Below, piece by piece: positions 29,118 through 41,260 of a DNA stretch of 64,000 nucleotides. The position numbers and the translations under genes are program-made. This stretch comes from a virus. The notes under the pieces were generated by a model. That model worked only from the letters and a program-made list of their open reading frames with translations. It made no database searches and had not been told where the DNA came from. Location: IMG/VR virus record IMGVR_UViG_3300028837_000518, positions 1-64,000 of that record. One strand, given 5' to 3'. Position 1 is the first letter of the stretch; each line of letters starts with the position of its first letter.

Positions 29118-31555
29118 CACCGGGTGATGGGGAGTGTTGGAAGGCTCCCTATCTCTGCTTATTACTATTTCAGTAATCGGTAGAGATGGCGAGCCTTCAA
29201 GGAGAGAAGACATGCGTGCAATTATTGCGCGAGGAGGGTAAAGACATGGAGGAACTTTTCGAGGCTATCTATCTTTGCGAGATGACGGTCGAGAACCAGC
29301 ATGGCTGTGCCATTCCCCTCACTGTCTGGCTAGACCCCACAACTGGCGGGGTATTCGCAGTGGAGAGACAGCGTTGCTCTCATAACCAAGTAGTGTCGCC
29401 GTACTCTGACAAGTCTCTATGCCTGATAATATAGGCATACATGAAGTAGGAGGTGACAAGTGCAGCAAAGCAACAAGAGGGTTAGACTTGGCACTAACAA
29501 CTGGCCATGTTGTACCAGTTGTGGCAGGTCAATGACGCCTGCTGATTACCTTGTGAACTCCGTGTGTCGAAAGTGCTGTCGCACTCAACACAAGAAAGTA
29601 GCGAGGCAGACGAGGTGAAGAGAGTCTTGTTAGTGCCAGAGCCCGGTTATCGTGCGGAGCGCACGGACTGGGAGGTGGTGCAGAATGCGGTGGCTTGCCT
29701 ATCTCGATGTGTGGGTGAGCTTCGTCAGTTACATGCTCTACTTGACTCAGATTATACCGAACTAGATCAACATGTAGTGGCGCAATTGATAACAAGTGTG
29801 GCGGTATTGCGCGAGCGAACTTGTGGAGTAGCGCGCGATCTTGGCTTTAGAGGTGAGTTATAACGTAGTGCGAGTACGACTGTGCATAACCTTTGGGTGC
29901 CGTACCTCCTTTGGGCAAACTGTCTGTAACTGTCTGTTTGTAAACTAATTATATTTACCAAGGGTTATGTGCAGTCGTGGTTGCACTACTCAACACGAGG
30001 GGAGGGAATTATGCCGCGCAATACTCATCGCTACACGCCACCACATATCTCGCCCGAGCTTTACCACGTTGCTAAGGTTGCAGATATAACCAACCCAAGC
30101 GTTCCGGGTTTTTACACTCTACACGGAGTGTACTGGCACAAGGCGACCATGCCCAAAACTTGGGTTTTTGGTCCACCTGAGTGCCAGGGTGGGTGTAAGC
30201 ACACTGATGGTCATGCGTGTGTGCAAGTAATGCACCGGGGTGAATTATGCACTATTAGCCATGACAACGTGCACTCCTACTACGTGCGGGAGAAAGAATG
30301 CTAAAACCTATCGCGCTACCCGAGACCGAGCTGGTTGCGTGGGCGCATAACCTTGCAGTGAGTGTAGTAAGAAGTGAAGAGAACGAGCCCGATCCAAGTG
30401 CTCGCGCAGTAGTTATTCACTTCGCCGATGCTGGACCAGTTGCCGCCGAGGTTATCTTTGCCAAGCCTCACCCACTCACCCTCCTCCTGGCACCACACGT
30501 ACCAACACCGATCATCAACAAGGCTCGGTGTAGTGGTGATAGGAGAATGCAGGACCTCATACTAACGCAAAATGAGGTTGTGCGGTACAGAACCTACTTT
30601 GAAGTAGCCAGTGGTGACTGGAGCTTTCAACTAGAACGACCTTGGAGGTAAGTATGTGTCTACTATGTGGCAGTAATCATGTAGCTGGTCCTGATGAGCA
30701 GCATGGAGTTTCTGTCTGTCGAGTCTGTGGGGCATGGTGGGGTGGCAATAGTCTACCATTTGACCCAGATGACCGAGACTGTCAGATTGTTGCCGCAATC
30801 AACCGTGGCGCAATACCAGTACGTGTTGACTCGGTAAAGTATCCGGAGGTGCCAGTATGACGCGCGAGAAGGATGGACACTCACCTATCGTGGGACACGT
30901 GGGCAAAACCTGTCGTCAGTGTTTTCATGCGCGTGTACCATATCGTATGGTAAACACCGGGATAATATGTTGTCGGAATGAACTAAGTGACCACTACTGT
31001 CATGTTATGTATTATGGTCACCCAACTTGCTCCGCCCGTATACTCAAGTCAACAAAAGAGTAGGTGGATGTCGGAGCAATACTAAGGGAGCTTAGAAATG
31101 AGTAAGACAAGAGCGGCACTAACAGTCATTGCAGTTTTTCTTGGTTTACTTGCGATTGGGTGGGGGTACTGCTGGCTATGCGAGCACTTCTTGCCCGGCA
31201 ATATTCTCCTTAGTTTCTTTGCTCTCTGTATACTGGGAGCATGTCTCGGTATTCTTTGCATTGAACTAAGAAACTGTTAGAGCATGACAAGAAATGAGGA
31301 AAAGGGAGGAAACTGAATGGGTATAAAACTCAAATCATCCCTCATTGCCACAGTAGTATCGCTGGTGTTCGCAGTAATACTGGCTGGTATGATGCGCTGT
31401 GTTAGGTGGGAAGAGATGATCGCAGCTGAGGTTATCAGTATTAGCAAACTTTACATCAGTCTTGTCGTGTGTGGAGTTTGCTTCTGGTTTATTATCAGGT
31501 CGGCTATACTGGTCGACTATAATGATGCTGAGTACTGGAGGCAATGCAGAGGTGA

Positions 31556-32263
31556 GTGGGGCAACACAGAAAGTTATTCAGTAACACAAGTTATCATCAG
31601 TTAGACCGATACAGTACCATTAGAAGGGACAGTATGATACCGGCAAGTGATTGGAACAACCCATTTATTGTTTACGCCTACCTCCTTACAGAGGAGATTG
31701 TTGTACGAGAGTGTGATTATCCCGTTGTGATAAAGATAAGTAACAACCGTTTTTCATGTCATTATGACTTTCTCCTCCCTGAGGGTTATCATGTGATTAC
31801 TCTCAGTAGACGAGACATACGTGTTTGTGTGACAGCTGGTTTCTATGACTATGATTGCGTTATGAAAGTAGTTCGGCAGTGGTATGGCGATACAAGACCT
31901 ACCCATCTTCTAGCCAACTACCTCATGGTAATTCATGAGTGCGCACATGCTGTTCAAGTAGAGAGTGGTGATCGTCGTCCCGGTTACTGTCATAATACAT
32001 CATCACGTTTTCCACTGCACTTTGCGAGACTACTCACTACATATCCGTTTGCACGCTATGAACGTAAGTTTCTGAATGCCAAACTTCAAGACCTAGCAAG
32101 ACCTCCATACACACATAATGACTATGGAGACTACTGTGCACACTGTCTGAAGTTAAATACCGTGGAAGATGTAGCCAGTGGCTACTGCTCACATTGCGGT
32201 AGTTTTTGGGAGGAGGGTTATGTTGAAGAAGGTGAAGGCTATAGTAGCGTCCGGGCCATATGA
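31556..32263 (+). CDS. SprT-like zinc metallopeptidase domain plus Zn ribbon
   Basis: IHECAH motif, downstream His, C-terminal CxxC...CxxC; likely start ATG 31634. Confidence 0.55.
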   Translation: MGQHRKLFSNTSYHQLDRYSTIRRDSMIPASDWNNPFIVYAYLLTEEIVVRECDYPVVIKISNNRFSCHYDFLLPEGYHVITLSRRDIRVCVTAGFYDYDCVMKVVRQWYGDTRPTHLLANYLMVIHECAHAVQVESGDRRPGYCHNTSSRFPLHFARLLTTYPFARYERKFLNAKLQDLARPPYTHNDYGDYCAHCLKLNTVEDVASGYCSHCGSFWEEGYVEEGEGYSSVRAI

Positions 32264-33982
32264 GGGTCAAGCCGTTACTATAACCCGCGCAGGTACAACT
32301 CTTTGCGTCCGTGGTCTCTTTGTCCAAGGTTGGTTGGGCAAGAAGAAAAAACCTGACCTACTTATACCAATTACAACGTTACGCATTGAGTATTGCTCTG
32401 CAAACGAGCCACGAAGTCCTGGCAGTATCGCTGCGGGCGGTATGGCTGGGACACTTCTCGGTGGTCCAGTAGTGGGGATTTTACTTGCATCTGGACTGGC
32501 TGCACAGCGTATCAAGAGAGACTTTGTATTACTTCTCTACGATACAGTTGGGCCGGAGGCAGGAAAACTATGTCTGAGTAGTAAGAATCCCAAACGGTTC
32601 TATCAGCAACTCATGGAGGTGGTACAGTGAGTACAGCACAAGTTATCATTCTGGTTGTAGTAGCGATCTACATCATCGGTAACTTTGTTGCGACGACAAT
32701 ACCCAGACAACCACCAGAGAGTATCAGTGGAAATGGATGACAGAGAACTAGACGATGTATGGTCAGCAGTTGTAGTAATATTCTTTGTAGTAGTTGTTGT
32801 GTGTCTGAGAGTAGACGATGTACTAAACAGTAATAGTACTATTGCAATTGCCTGGCTTGTTTCGCGAGTATGTGTAGTCGCTCTTGGCTTACTAGTTGTC
32901 TGGAAACTCATAAGGCGGTGATGATGCTTGATCCAGGAAATCTTCCTCCTCTTCAAAAGGGTGTAATTTACATTTTACCGGGTGGACCGTGGGAGTTCGG
33001 AATGGGCAAGCGTTACTGCCTACGATATGTTGATACAAAGATGTTGGTAATTGGTCCATTATGTATAGTAGCCGGTGATCGCTACCTAGAAGAAATGAAA
33101 AGATACTGGCATAACGGTCGGCGAACCGGCTCGATAGGTGAACACCGCCTTTGGTTTTACCGAACTACTCCGGGTGCTCGTAGAAGACTTATTGACTTGC
33201 TTCACGAGAGCCGAGGGATACGTTATGCCGTTGTAGAGCGAGTGAAGATGTTACAGCAGCGTAAAGATGCCAGAAGAATAGTGGAGGAAATCTAGTGAAG
33301 ATCAGGCTGTATGACACTCGTACAAAGAATATACTCTGGTCTGGCAACACCAAGACTTTTCCAGTTCCCAGTGTCGGTGACCTAATACAGGTGCCTGATG
33401 AGAGTAAGCGAGTGGATGGTACGGTGCCATCAATGGGCTTAGTAGTAAAGGCCAGAATGTTCATTCTGAATAACCAAGACATCACTGGAATGAAGATTCT
33501 AGTTCAGGAAAAGTTAGCTGATACATTTATCCTAGACGAGGGCCTGTACTGTGCCGAGTGCGGTATGCCCGAGATACTGTCAAGTGATTGGCGACCAGAC
33601 CCGGACTCCGAGGGTGGCTTTGCACGCACTGGAATCTGCGTGAGTTGCCTCACTGCGTGGACAGAGGTATTTCGTTTGGTAGACTACCATAGTGTCCGTA
33701 AAATCCCGAGGACACAGGTTGATGCATATGTAAAGGGGAGTATGCTACCAGAAGACCAGGAGGGAAGTCTCGATGAGGAGGTTGAAAACCTTTGGGGTGG
33801 CTAGTGGCAGACCAAAAGAGCTACTGGCACTATCTGCCGTTGCAACAGTCGCCATAGGTCTTGTCCTGCGATTTACCGTAAGTCATCCTCTACCAGTTGT
33901 GGTTGGCCTCGGGTTTGGTATAGTATTTCTGGCGGGAATGGCATACGGAATAGCCGTCACTTACTACACAGGGAGGTAAGCC

Positions 33983-35185
33983 TTGTACTTTGTACGATCA
34001 CTCGAAGAAGATCGGGAGATTTGGGGTGATGATAGTGCAGCTACAGATGAGGCTACATGGATAAACCTCATCACGCAGCAACTCAACAGCCGGCGAGAAG
34101 CAATTTTATCAGATGAGCGCAATCATCGCGCTAGACTAGAGCAGTTGATGGTCACTACGCGCGACCTGGTAAATAATCTCTCCAATAACCCGGCACTCTA
34201 TGTAACCGCTGCCGGCATAAGTGATCTGGCCGAGAGTGAAGTAGCACTGCTAAGACGAGTTGGTATCAACCACTTGCTTGACATCACTCTGAGTGGTTCA
34301 CACATGATTATGCGTCCGCTAGAGAATATGGGGTGGCAGACTACGAACTTTCGCAATAGAATGCGAGCGCATAGTGCATCAGTCGACCTATTTACTGGTC
34401 GGGTCTACATTGGTGACACACCCCTTGTGCATTGCAATGAGGAGCTACAAAACGTCGTACTTGCGCTGATTCTTTCAGGGCACTTGGCCATTGTACCTTA
34501 TCTGGTAATGGGAATCATAGAGTTAGCAGCCGCACAGTGCCTTGAGGAACCAATAGCTGAAGATATTGGTGATAGCTCCGGATATACCGAAGATGTTGTC
34601 GCTGGTATTCATAGTAGCGACTTCACGCACAGAGATGAAAGTATGTCCAGGTTTCATGAGGTTATCAGTACGACAACCACGACGCAACGTCGGTTACGCG
34701 AGAGTGCAATTGCGCTGGCTAATTTAGAGGCGCAGGCCAATAACGGTGAAGGACTCAGAGAAGAGCTTCAGAGACTGATTAGATTACCTAGTATACACAA
34801 GATATTGGTACGACCACATCCACGGCGAAACACTCCACGCGTGGTGGTTTATACCGAACCCCTCACTATCGCTGAGTGGGAAATTGGCCGGTACGTTATT
34901 GATATAGAGATGGGTGACTGGATACTGATACGCAACCTAGACTATGCGTTTCAGCAACAGTTTCCGCATCCACACGTACACGAGAATGGTAAACCGTGCT
35001 TTGGCCGACTAAGTGAGAGAATGCGTGAGGCGATGGCGCAAGGTAATATGCGCTCACTGATAATTGGTTCAGTGCGTTTGGTAGAATCTTACAATGCCAG
35101 AGACGCGTACTGCCCCATGCGACGCATTGCAGAACTCACGGAAGAAGACATCGGGCGAATCTACTGGACAAGGAGTTACTACTAA
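33983..35185 (+). CDS. prokaryotic E2 (ubiquitin-conjugating fold) protein with coiled-coil extension
   Basis: C-terminal PHPHVHENGKPCFG matches the E2 HPN/HPH...C signature with the catalytic Cys; RBS GGGAGG. Confidence 0.75.
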   Translation: MYFVRSLEEDREIWGDDSAATDEATWINLITQQLNSRREAILSDERNHRARLEQLMVTTRDLVNNLSNNPALYVTAAGISDLAESEVALLRRVGINHLLDITLSGSHMIMRPLENMGWQTTNFRNRMRAHSASVDLFTGRVYIGDTPLVHCNEELQNVVLALILSGHLAIVPYLVMGIIELAAAQCLEEPIAEDIGDSSGYTEDVVAGIHSSDFTHRDESMSRFHEVISTTTTTQRRLRESAIALANLEAQANNGEGLREELQRLIRLPSIHKILVRPHPRRNTPRVVVYTEPLTIAEWEIGRYVIDIEMGDWILIRNLDYAFQQQFPHPHVHENGKPCFGRLSERMREAMAQGNMRSLIIGSVRLVESYNARDAYCPMRRIAELTEEDIGRIYWTRSYY

Positions 35186-35186
35186 G

Positions 35187-35993
35187 ATGACGAAGGAGAA
35201 GTTTACCCCGGTACCCACCAGCAATACTAGCGTGCCAACAGTCAAGCACAAGAAGGTAGTGGTCGCCAAGAAGAAAATTACAGTTACCCAAGATAGTCGG
35301 CCAACGAAGTTTGAGAACCCTATGCTGGCAATGCTACCAGACTTCAAAACGAGACTTGATGCAATAGTTGACCAAGCACCAGTTGAAGTAAGTGGGTTTG
35401 GCAGCATGACTATTCATGAGAGCCGAGCAAGTAATGGTTCGGCACAGCATCTCATTGTGCCGCGCGAGTTGTTTGTTCTCGATCAAACTACAACATCTGG
35501 TTCAGCTGACATAGAACAAGATGCTGTCGGTAACTTCTTCGAGGACTGGGTAACCGAGGGTCGAGATGTAAAAGAGTTACGTGTGTGGTGGCACAGTCAT
35601 GGTAGAGGGGCAAAGCCAGTACCTTCGGCCACAGACTGGTCTACAATTACTCGCTCCTTTGGTCGTGTGCCCTGGTATATTATGCTTATTACCAACAAGG
35701 ACCGTCAATATACAGCATACCTCGTCTTGACTAAGCCGTTTCGGGTAAAGGTTGAGATTGAAGTTGGTTTGTTTGTTGACGCGGCAATACGCGACTGGGC
35801 AAAAAACGAAGTAGAAAAGCATGTTACAACCACAGCTGGATACAAGTATCCAACGGGCAGAAGGTGGGATGGTCGCTTGGCACGTTTTGTTGACGTTGAA
35901 GAGCCTGGTGCGAAACAGGCACAAAGTAAACAGGGAGTTTTGCTACCCAAGGGATCACCTGCGGATAACGAGTGGGAGCGGTGGTCATGGTAG
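35187..35993 (+). CDS. JAB/MPN+ (JAMM) metalloisopeptidase
   Basis: EVSGFG...WWHSHG...PSATD is the E...HxH...S..D JAMM motif; start ATG 35187 after AGGAG. Confidence 0.85.
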   Translation: MTKEKFTPVPTSNTSVPTVKHKKVVVAKKKITVTQDSRPTKFENPMLAMLPDFKTRLDAIVDQAPVEVSGFGSMTIHESRASNGSAQHLIVPRELFVLDQTTTSGSADIEQDAVGNFFEDWVTEGRDVKELRVWWHSHGRGAKPVPSATDWSTITRSFGRVPWYIMLITNKDRQYTAYLVLTKPFRVKVEIEVGLFVDAAIRDWAKNEVEKHVTTTAGYKYPTGRRWDGRLARFVDVEEPGAKQAQSKQGVLLPKGSPADNEWERWSW

Positions 35994-36658
35994 ATGACAC
36001 CCGACAGTTAGATATTCTTTCGCCCAAGTTTCTACAGGATCGCCATGTTGACCTAATTGGTTGCGGTAGTGTTGGTAGTATGACTGCCTTTGTCCTCTCA
36101 AAAATGGTAGCAGGCGAGGAGGACTTCTCGGTTAGGCTGATTGATGGTGATATAGTAGGGGATGTCAACATTCGACCAAGCCTGTATACACCTGTTGATA
36201 TAGGTATATGTAAGGTCCTTGCGTTACAGCGCCTACTCCTCTACCTATCCAATCTTTCTACCACAGTCTGTAGTGAGTTTGTTGGTCCCGACAACTACCC
36301 TAGTCTCAAAGACATTGTAGTTGTTTCAGTAGATACTATGGCTGTGCGGAAAGATATATGGGAAAACTGTATCGGGCTATACAACCCTCACTGGCTGATA
36401 GATGCCAGAATGGGTGCCGAGATTTGCACTATCGTTACCGTTGATCTTAGTAGTGATGAGCAACGCGAGCGGTACGACGACGAGTTGTTTACTGACGATG
36501 AGGCTAGGCAGTTACCCTGCACTGCACGAGCAATTGCCTACAACACCGCATACATCGCGGCACTCATCGTTAGAACTATAAAGCGTATTCTAGTCGGAGA
36601 GGAGGTGGACTATCAAGTAGATTCAAGTCTAAAGAATCTTGTTATGTTACTTACTTAG
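35972..36658 (+). CDS. ThiF/E1-like ubiquitin-activating enzyme
   Basis: N-terminal RQ, IGCGSVGS, DGDIV..VN, K.LAL, VD...R, IDARMG, candidate catalytic Cys in LPCT; true start probably 35981 or 35987. Confidence 0.88.
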   Translation: MGAVVMVDDTRQLDILSPKFLQDRHVDLIGCGSVGSMTAFVLSKMVAGEEDFSVRLIDGDIVGDVNIRPSLYTPVDIGICKVLALQRLLLYLSNLSTTVCSEFVGPDNYPSLKDIVVVSVDTMAVRKDIWENCIGLYNPHWLIDARMGAEICTIVTVDLSSDEQRERYDDELFTDDEARQLPCTARAIAYNTAYIAALIVRTIKRILVGEEVDYQVDSSLKNLVMLLT

Positions 36659-36706
36659 CAAATCGTTGATTGTAAAGCTATTCCTAACCTACAAAAGGAG
36701 AGTACA

Positions 36707-36976
36707 GTGTCAGCTGACAAGAGAACTATCCAGCTCAACCCGGACGATGAAGTTGAAGTTCTTGTTCCTTCGGGAGCCAAGGTCACCATCATCACCATGG
36801 ACGACACCCGCGAAGTCGACCCCGGCATCACCGTCGCCGAGGCACTCAACGCGGCCGGTATCGAAGTGCAGTCCGATGAGGTCGTGCGAGTCAACAAGCA
36901 GGCGTGCAGTGACGCGGATCTCACCCTCGACGCCGGTGATGTTCTGTCCGTGGTCCCTCGCGTTCGCGCGGGGTAG
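36707..36976 (+). CDS. ubiquitin-like (beta-grasp, MoaD/ThiS-like) protein ending in Gly
   Basis: GITVAEAL..AGI...VRVN...LTLDAGDVLSVVPRVRAG-stop; RBS AAAGGAG. Confidence 0.82.
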   Translation: MSADKRTIQLNPDDEVEVLVPSGAKVTIITMDDTREVDPGITVAEALNAAGIEVQSDEVVRVNKQACSDADLTLDAGDVLSVVPRVRAG

Positions 36977-37020
36977 TCCTGTAGTAGCTTAGTCTTGGCT
37001 AAGTTAGAGCAGTAGGTCGC

Positions 37021-37052
37021 GGGGTGGTGCAGCCAAGGTTCTGCATCACCCC
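37021..37052 (+). terminator. strong hairpin after the Ubl gene (terminator or 3' stabiliser)
   Basis: GGGGTGGTGCAG/CTGCATCACCCC 12-bp stem; weak U tail. Confidence 0.5.
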
Positions 37053-37075
37053 TTAGACACCCTGGAGGAGTAGAA

Positions 37076-37636
37076 GTGACTGAGAAAGAAGTCTACACTT
37101 TTCATTTCCGTGCCAACATAGAGGGGTTTCAGGTTGTGTAGGCTGACTCCGAAGAAAGTGCACGACGAAAAATCCTTGATAGTGCTCCGGGTGTCGAGGA
37201 ACAACAAGGCGAGTATGACAATTTAGTCTTGACACTGGTAGATGTACGCGAACCACCACGTGATAGACTGGTCTCTCTAGTGTATAGTGACAGTAGAATA
37301 CGTCTCACGGGTGATGAGAGTCGCCCTGTACTCATACAGGTTGCAAAGGGTTATGGTCAGCTCTTCCAACCAATCTGCACTACCATCCCACACTCCTATC
37401 TCAACTCTTATCACAAGTACCTTCACCAAGGTCTTGGTATTGACTGGTTGGACTGTCAACACACCTCTGATTGCATCCAGCGACTACAAGTCGCAGTCGT
37501 ATAACTAGGAGTTGATCGGAGTGAGCCATACATCGCACCAACACCCGGTAACCTTGGATATACCCTTGCTATCCTACTGCGATGGGCGCAACAATGGACT
37601 AATACACAGTTTAGAGTAAGAAAGGTGACTGGGTGA
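37076..37636 (+). pseudogene. paralogue of 37733..38131 with in-frame TAG (37139) and TAA (37502)
   Basis: RBS GGAGGAG plus GTG; one frame throughout; the region after the TAA aligns with the paralogue (GNLGYTLAILLRWA vs GNAGHTLAVILRWA). Confidence 0.7.
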
Positions 37637-37732
37637 GTAAGTTAGGCAGGGTGGCCTTGACGATGTTCCTGTTATTTACCGTAGTAACTCCATTAGTTAT
37701 AGTAGTATTTTGGTAAGCAGAGGGAGAGTCGT

Positions 37733-38131
37733 GTGAGTTATGGTGTCAGTATCAAGGATGTAGAGCAGTATGTGGCAGTGTCGGAGTCTGGCGATGAAAT
37801 CCAGTGTGTGGTAACTACACCGCGCGTATGGATAAGTATACCGTCGGACTATAACACTGTATATCGTAAGTACTTGGACGAGAAGGATGGAATCTTCTGG
37901 TTGCACCATAAGCGTGGCCAAGATTGTGTAGTAAAGCTGGAAGAGGTATTGGCAATTCTTGGCACTATTCGTACCCATGTTTACTGGCAGGGGAGTCGTG
38001 GAAATGCTGGCCACACCCTGGCGGTAATACTACGATGGGCATTATTGTATCCACTTGCAGTATTTGAAGTAACCGAGCACAAAACAGAGGAGGTTAGTAC
38101 GTGGCCACCACCTGGCTTGCATCTGGTGTAA
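37733..38131 (+). CDS. hypothetical phage protein
   Basis: 132 aa; intact paralogue of the upstream interrupted gene. Confidence 0.6.
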   Translation: MSYGVSIKDVEQYVAVSESGDEIQCVVTTPRVWISIPSDYNTVYRKYLDEKDGIFWLHHKRGQDCVVKLEEVLAILGTIRTHVYWQGSRGNAGHTLAVILRWALLYPLAVFEVTEHKTEEVSTWPPPGLHLV

Positions 38132-41100
38132 CGGCTTGGGGCACTTTACCAGTTTGGGGTGTGTCCAAGAGTATAGCTGATGAGTGGATTATATCTTGCG
38201 ATAATACTTACTAAAGGTACCTATGGACCCCTACCGCCAACCGAACCGCAAAACTCTGATTGGATTCGGTTACTGCGGTATCAGTGCGTCTTTGACTTCT
38301 GTAGAGCGTATTGTTTACATGACTGGTTGGCCGAGGAACTACGAAGTAACACGGAGTAATAACATGACAGAGTTCTCTATGTCATTCACTAAGCACTGTG
38401 ATTATTGCGGTGAAGAGATAGTTAGAGAAGTAGCTCAACCAACCAATCCTGTAAGCTGGTTTCAAGTACGACTACCTATTCAGGTATCAATGCCTGACCG
38501 CTTACATAACTTCTGTAGAGTCTCGTGTTTACTTCAGTGGGTTGCACAACAGCTAAGTAATGAGAATAGGAAAGCAAGCAGTAGTGAAGATAAGCAGTTG
38601 AATAACCTAGCAATAGACTTGCTTGAGATGGCAAAGTATGCAGCACACCATGCAATCCATAACGATATAGGTGATGGATACTGTCTACTTAGTTATTGCC
38701 CACTTCACTACCCGGCACAGCGGCGTTACCGTGGCTCACTTCTACTGGAGGGCAGTAAAGATGGCTAACTACTACACTGAGTTCTCACAGATCATCGAGT
38801 GTCAAAGTGACGAGCAGCGAGCGTTTCTTCGAGATGCCTTCGATCAGTTAAGTCAGAATGGCAGCGATACTAGCGTTGCTTATGCAGTAGACAGAGACGA
38901 AGGTGGGCACCCTAAAGATATTTGGGTTTACTCAGATACCGTTGACTATAGTAGTATAGAATCGGTAGTTGATGTGGTTTGTAGGTTTCAGAGGAAGTTT
39001 GCCATCCCAACACCTTGGCGACTAACTTGGGCTTTTACGTGCGAGAAACCGCGCGTCGGTGCGTTTAGTGGTGGTGGTGTGCTTTGCTTGAAAGGTGAGA
39101 GCTACTGGGTAAATGCCGATACTTGGCTCAATAACAAGTTGAAAGAACTTGTAAGAGCCTCTATGGAATACCGCACACTTTCTGTAGAATCGAAGAGAAT
39201 GCTCGTCAATCTTTGCCCGGAAGATAGTATAGTTGAGTTGCGATTAGGTACTGTGGAAGAAGGTTCTTGGTGTTACCAAGCAGGTTCACAAGGTGTAATA
39301 TGTCCTCATAGACATACAGTACGTTACCTTATAGAACACCAACTTCTCCAACAGGTTTTCCGCTGTGTAGGAATGCCCATTGGGTATACACTGACACCCT
39401 TAGGTAGATTGTTAGCCAATTGCCTACCGTCACCACACTATCGAGGATGAGGAGATTCCTAATGTCTCTAAGATTTCTCGCAAGTTTATGTTCACAACGA
39501 GTGTACTGTGAGTATGACGGTCGCATTATAGGTAAGGTTTCACCGGGGCATATCATGCCTAACTCACAGAACCTTTCAGTAGTAGCAATAGTCTACCAAG
39601 ATGCCTTCAGAACACGTTACTTCTGTCACCCTGGATGTCTCAAGAAGTGGCTGGCAGACTCGAAGGTTGGTGTATACAGAACTCCCAGTGATGAGGGGTG
39701 ATATGATAATAATTACTTTGTTTGTTTTACTGGTAGTACTGGTGATTGCGTTTGCACTTGCAGACGATATAGGAGTGCAGGCAAGAAGGCGTGAACTACG
39801 CAAGCGCATCAGTGAGATTGACACTCAACTTGACTATATTGATAGTGAGATTGAATCGCGTGCGAAAGAAATTGAAGCGTGCAAAAGAGAGCAAGAGAGA
39901 GCACTTGAGTATCTTGAGCGTATGCTTGACTACTGAGTATAGGAGGTTCAGGAGTGGATGGGCACTTGGAAATTCGTGAAGCAGATGCACTTGCGGGTAG
40001 TTGTAACTTCTGCTCTAGGATGGCAGCTAGAGTAGTTTCAGTGATGGGGAGACATTCGGGACCCAATATGCTAGTTCGGTTCTGCCAGAAGTGCTTGGAT
40101 GAACTGGTTGCTTATAGTAATACTCCTGTACCAGTAAGTCCTATTTTCCAGAGGATCAGTTCAAAGAGGGTGGCTCAGTTGAAAGCCGCAGCTGAGGAGA
40201 TTCACGAACACTTCTTAGCCTTGAAAGAAGAGGAGGCAAGTATGGCAAGGAAAGAGTTGAAAGGGTACTTGGTCAAGGTTAGACTCAATGTTATGGTGTT
40301 TACCAATGACGAGAAAGGGGCTGCAAGAATAGCCCTAACCAAGTTCAAAGAACAGATGACCTACAACGGGTGGGATAACCACCCACTAGCTACGAGTGCT
40401 ATCCCCGGCACATTCTACGAGGATGGCGAGGACACCTTTGTTGACAGTGTTGAGGAACTGGTTATATCATCAGAGTGGCAAGGTATCAATGGTGTTTGGG
40501 CTAAACGAGAAGAAGAGGAACAAGGAGGAAGTCGTGAGGAGTAACTCCGTCGCCCCGAGTTTGAGGAACTGATGAATAGGTGATTATTTTACTTCTCCCC
40601 ATTCTTGGTATGTTAGCGATACTGGTAGTTGAGGATGTGAGGCGGTGTATACGCCAGAAGAACAGTCACAGTATTATTAGCAACCTAAGGAGAAGAAACA
40701 GGTGAGTCAATCTATACCCGTGCGTGATGTAACTGGTTCGACGCTAGAGGATTTACTTCTTAGTGCAAAGGAAGTTTTATTCAGGTGGGTAAAAGATGCG
40801 GAGCAAGATGAGTGGGGTAATGCAGCAAATACTGCGATAGACCAGATTACCAGGGCAGTTGCACCCACAGAAACCAACCACATTCTACGCATTTTAGTTG
40901 CCAACCCAACACTGGCATGTCGAGGAGCTATATGGTATGAACACAAGGGAATGCCAACAGTACACGACTTAGCCAGAGTAGTAATCTATGAATACATCGC
41001 GGAGATGTTGTGGGCTGAATACCATAAAGCGGTAGAGGAGAGAATATTATGACATCGCGTTTCGTGGCCACGGTACAAATTCTACTTGATGCAGAGAACT

Positions 41101-41260
41101 CTGACGATGCCCTGCGCCAAGTAACAAATCTCCTAACTCACATTGATGCGAAGTCACCGCCTCTCGACTGGCAGTTTCTACGACTTGGCGGACAAGTACT
41201 ATTTCCTACTGCAAGAACAGGACTTCGTGGTATCTACCGACATGGCGACTTCTCTATTCA

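Noticed and set aside
35972-36976. ThiF/ThiS or MoeB/MoaD cofactor biosynthesis
   Set aside because: No thiG, moaE or sulfur-relay genes are nearby, and the adjacent E2 and JAB genes point to conjugation. Not excluded without experiment.
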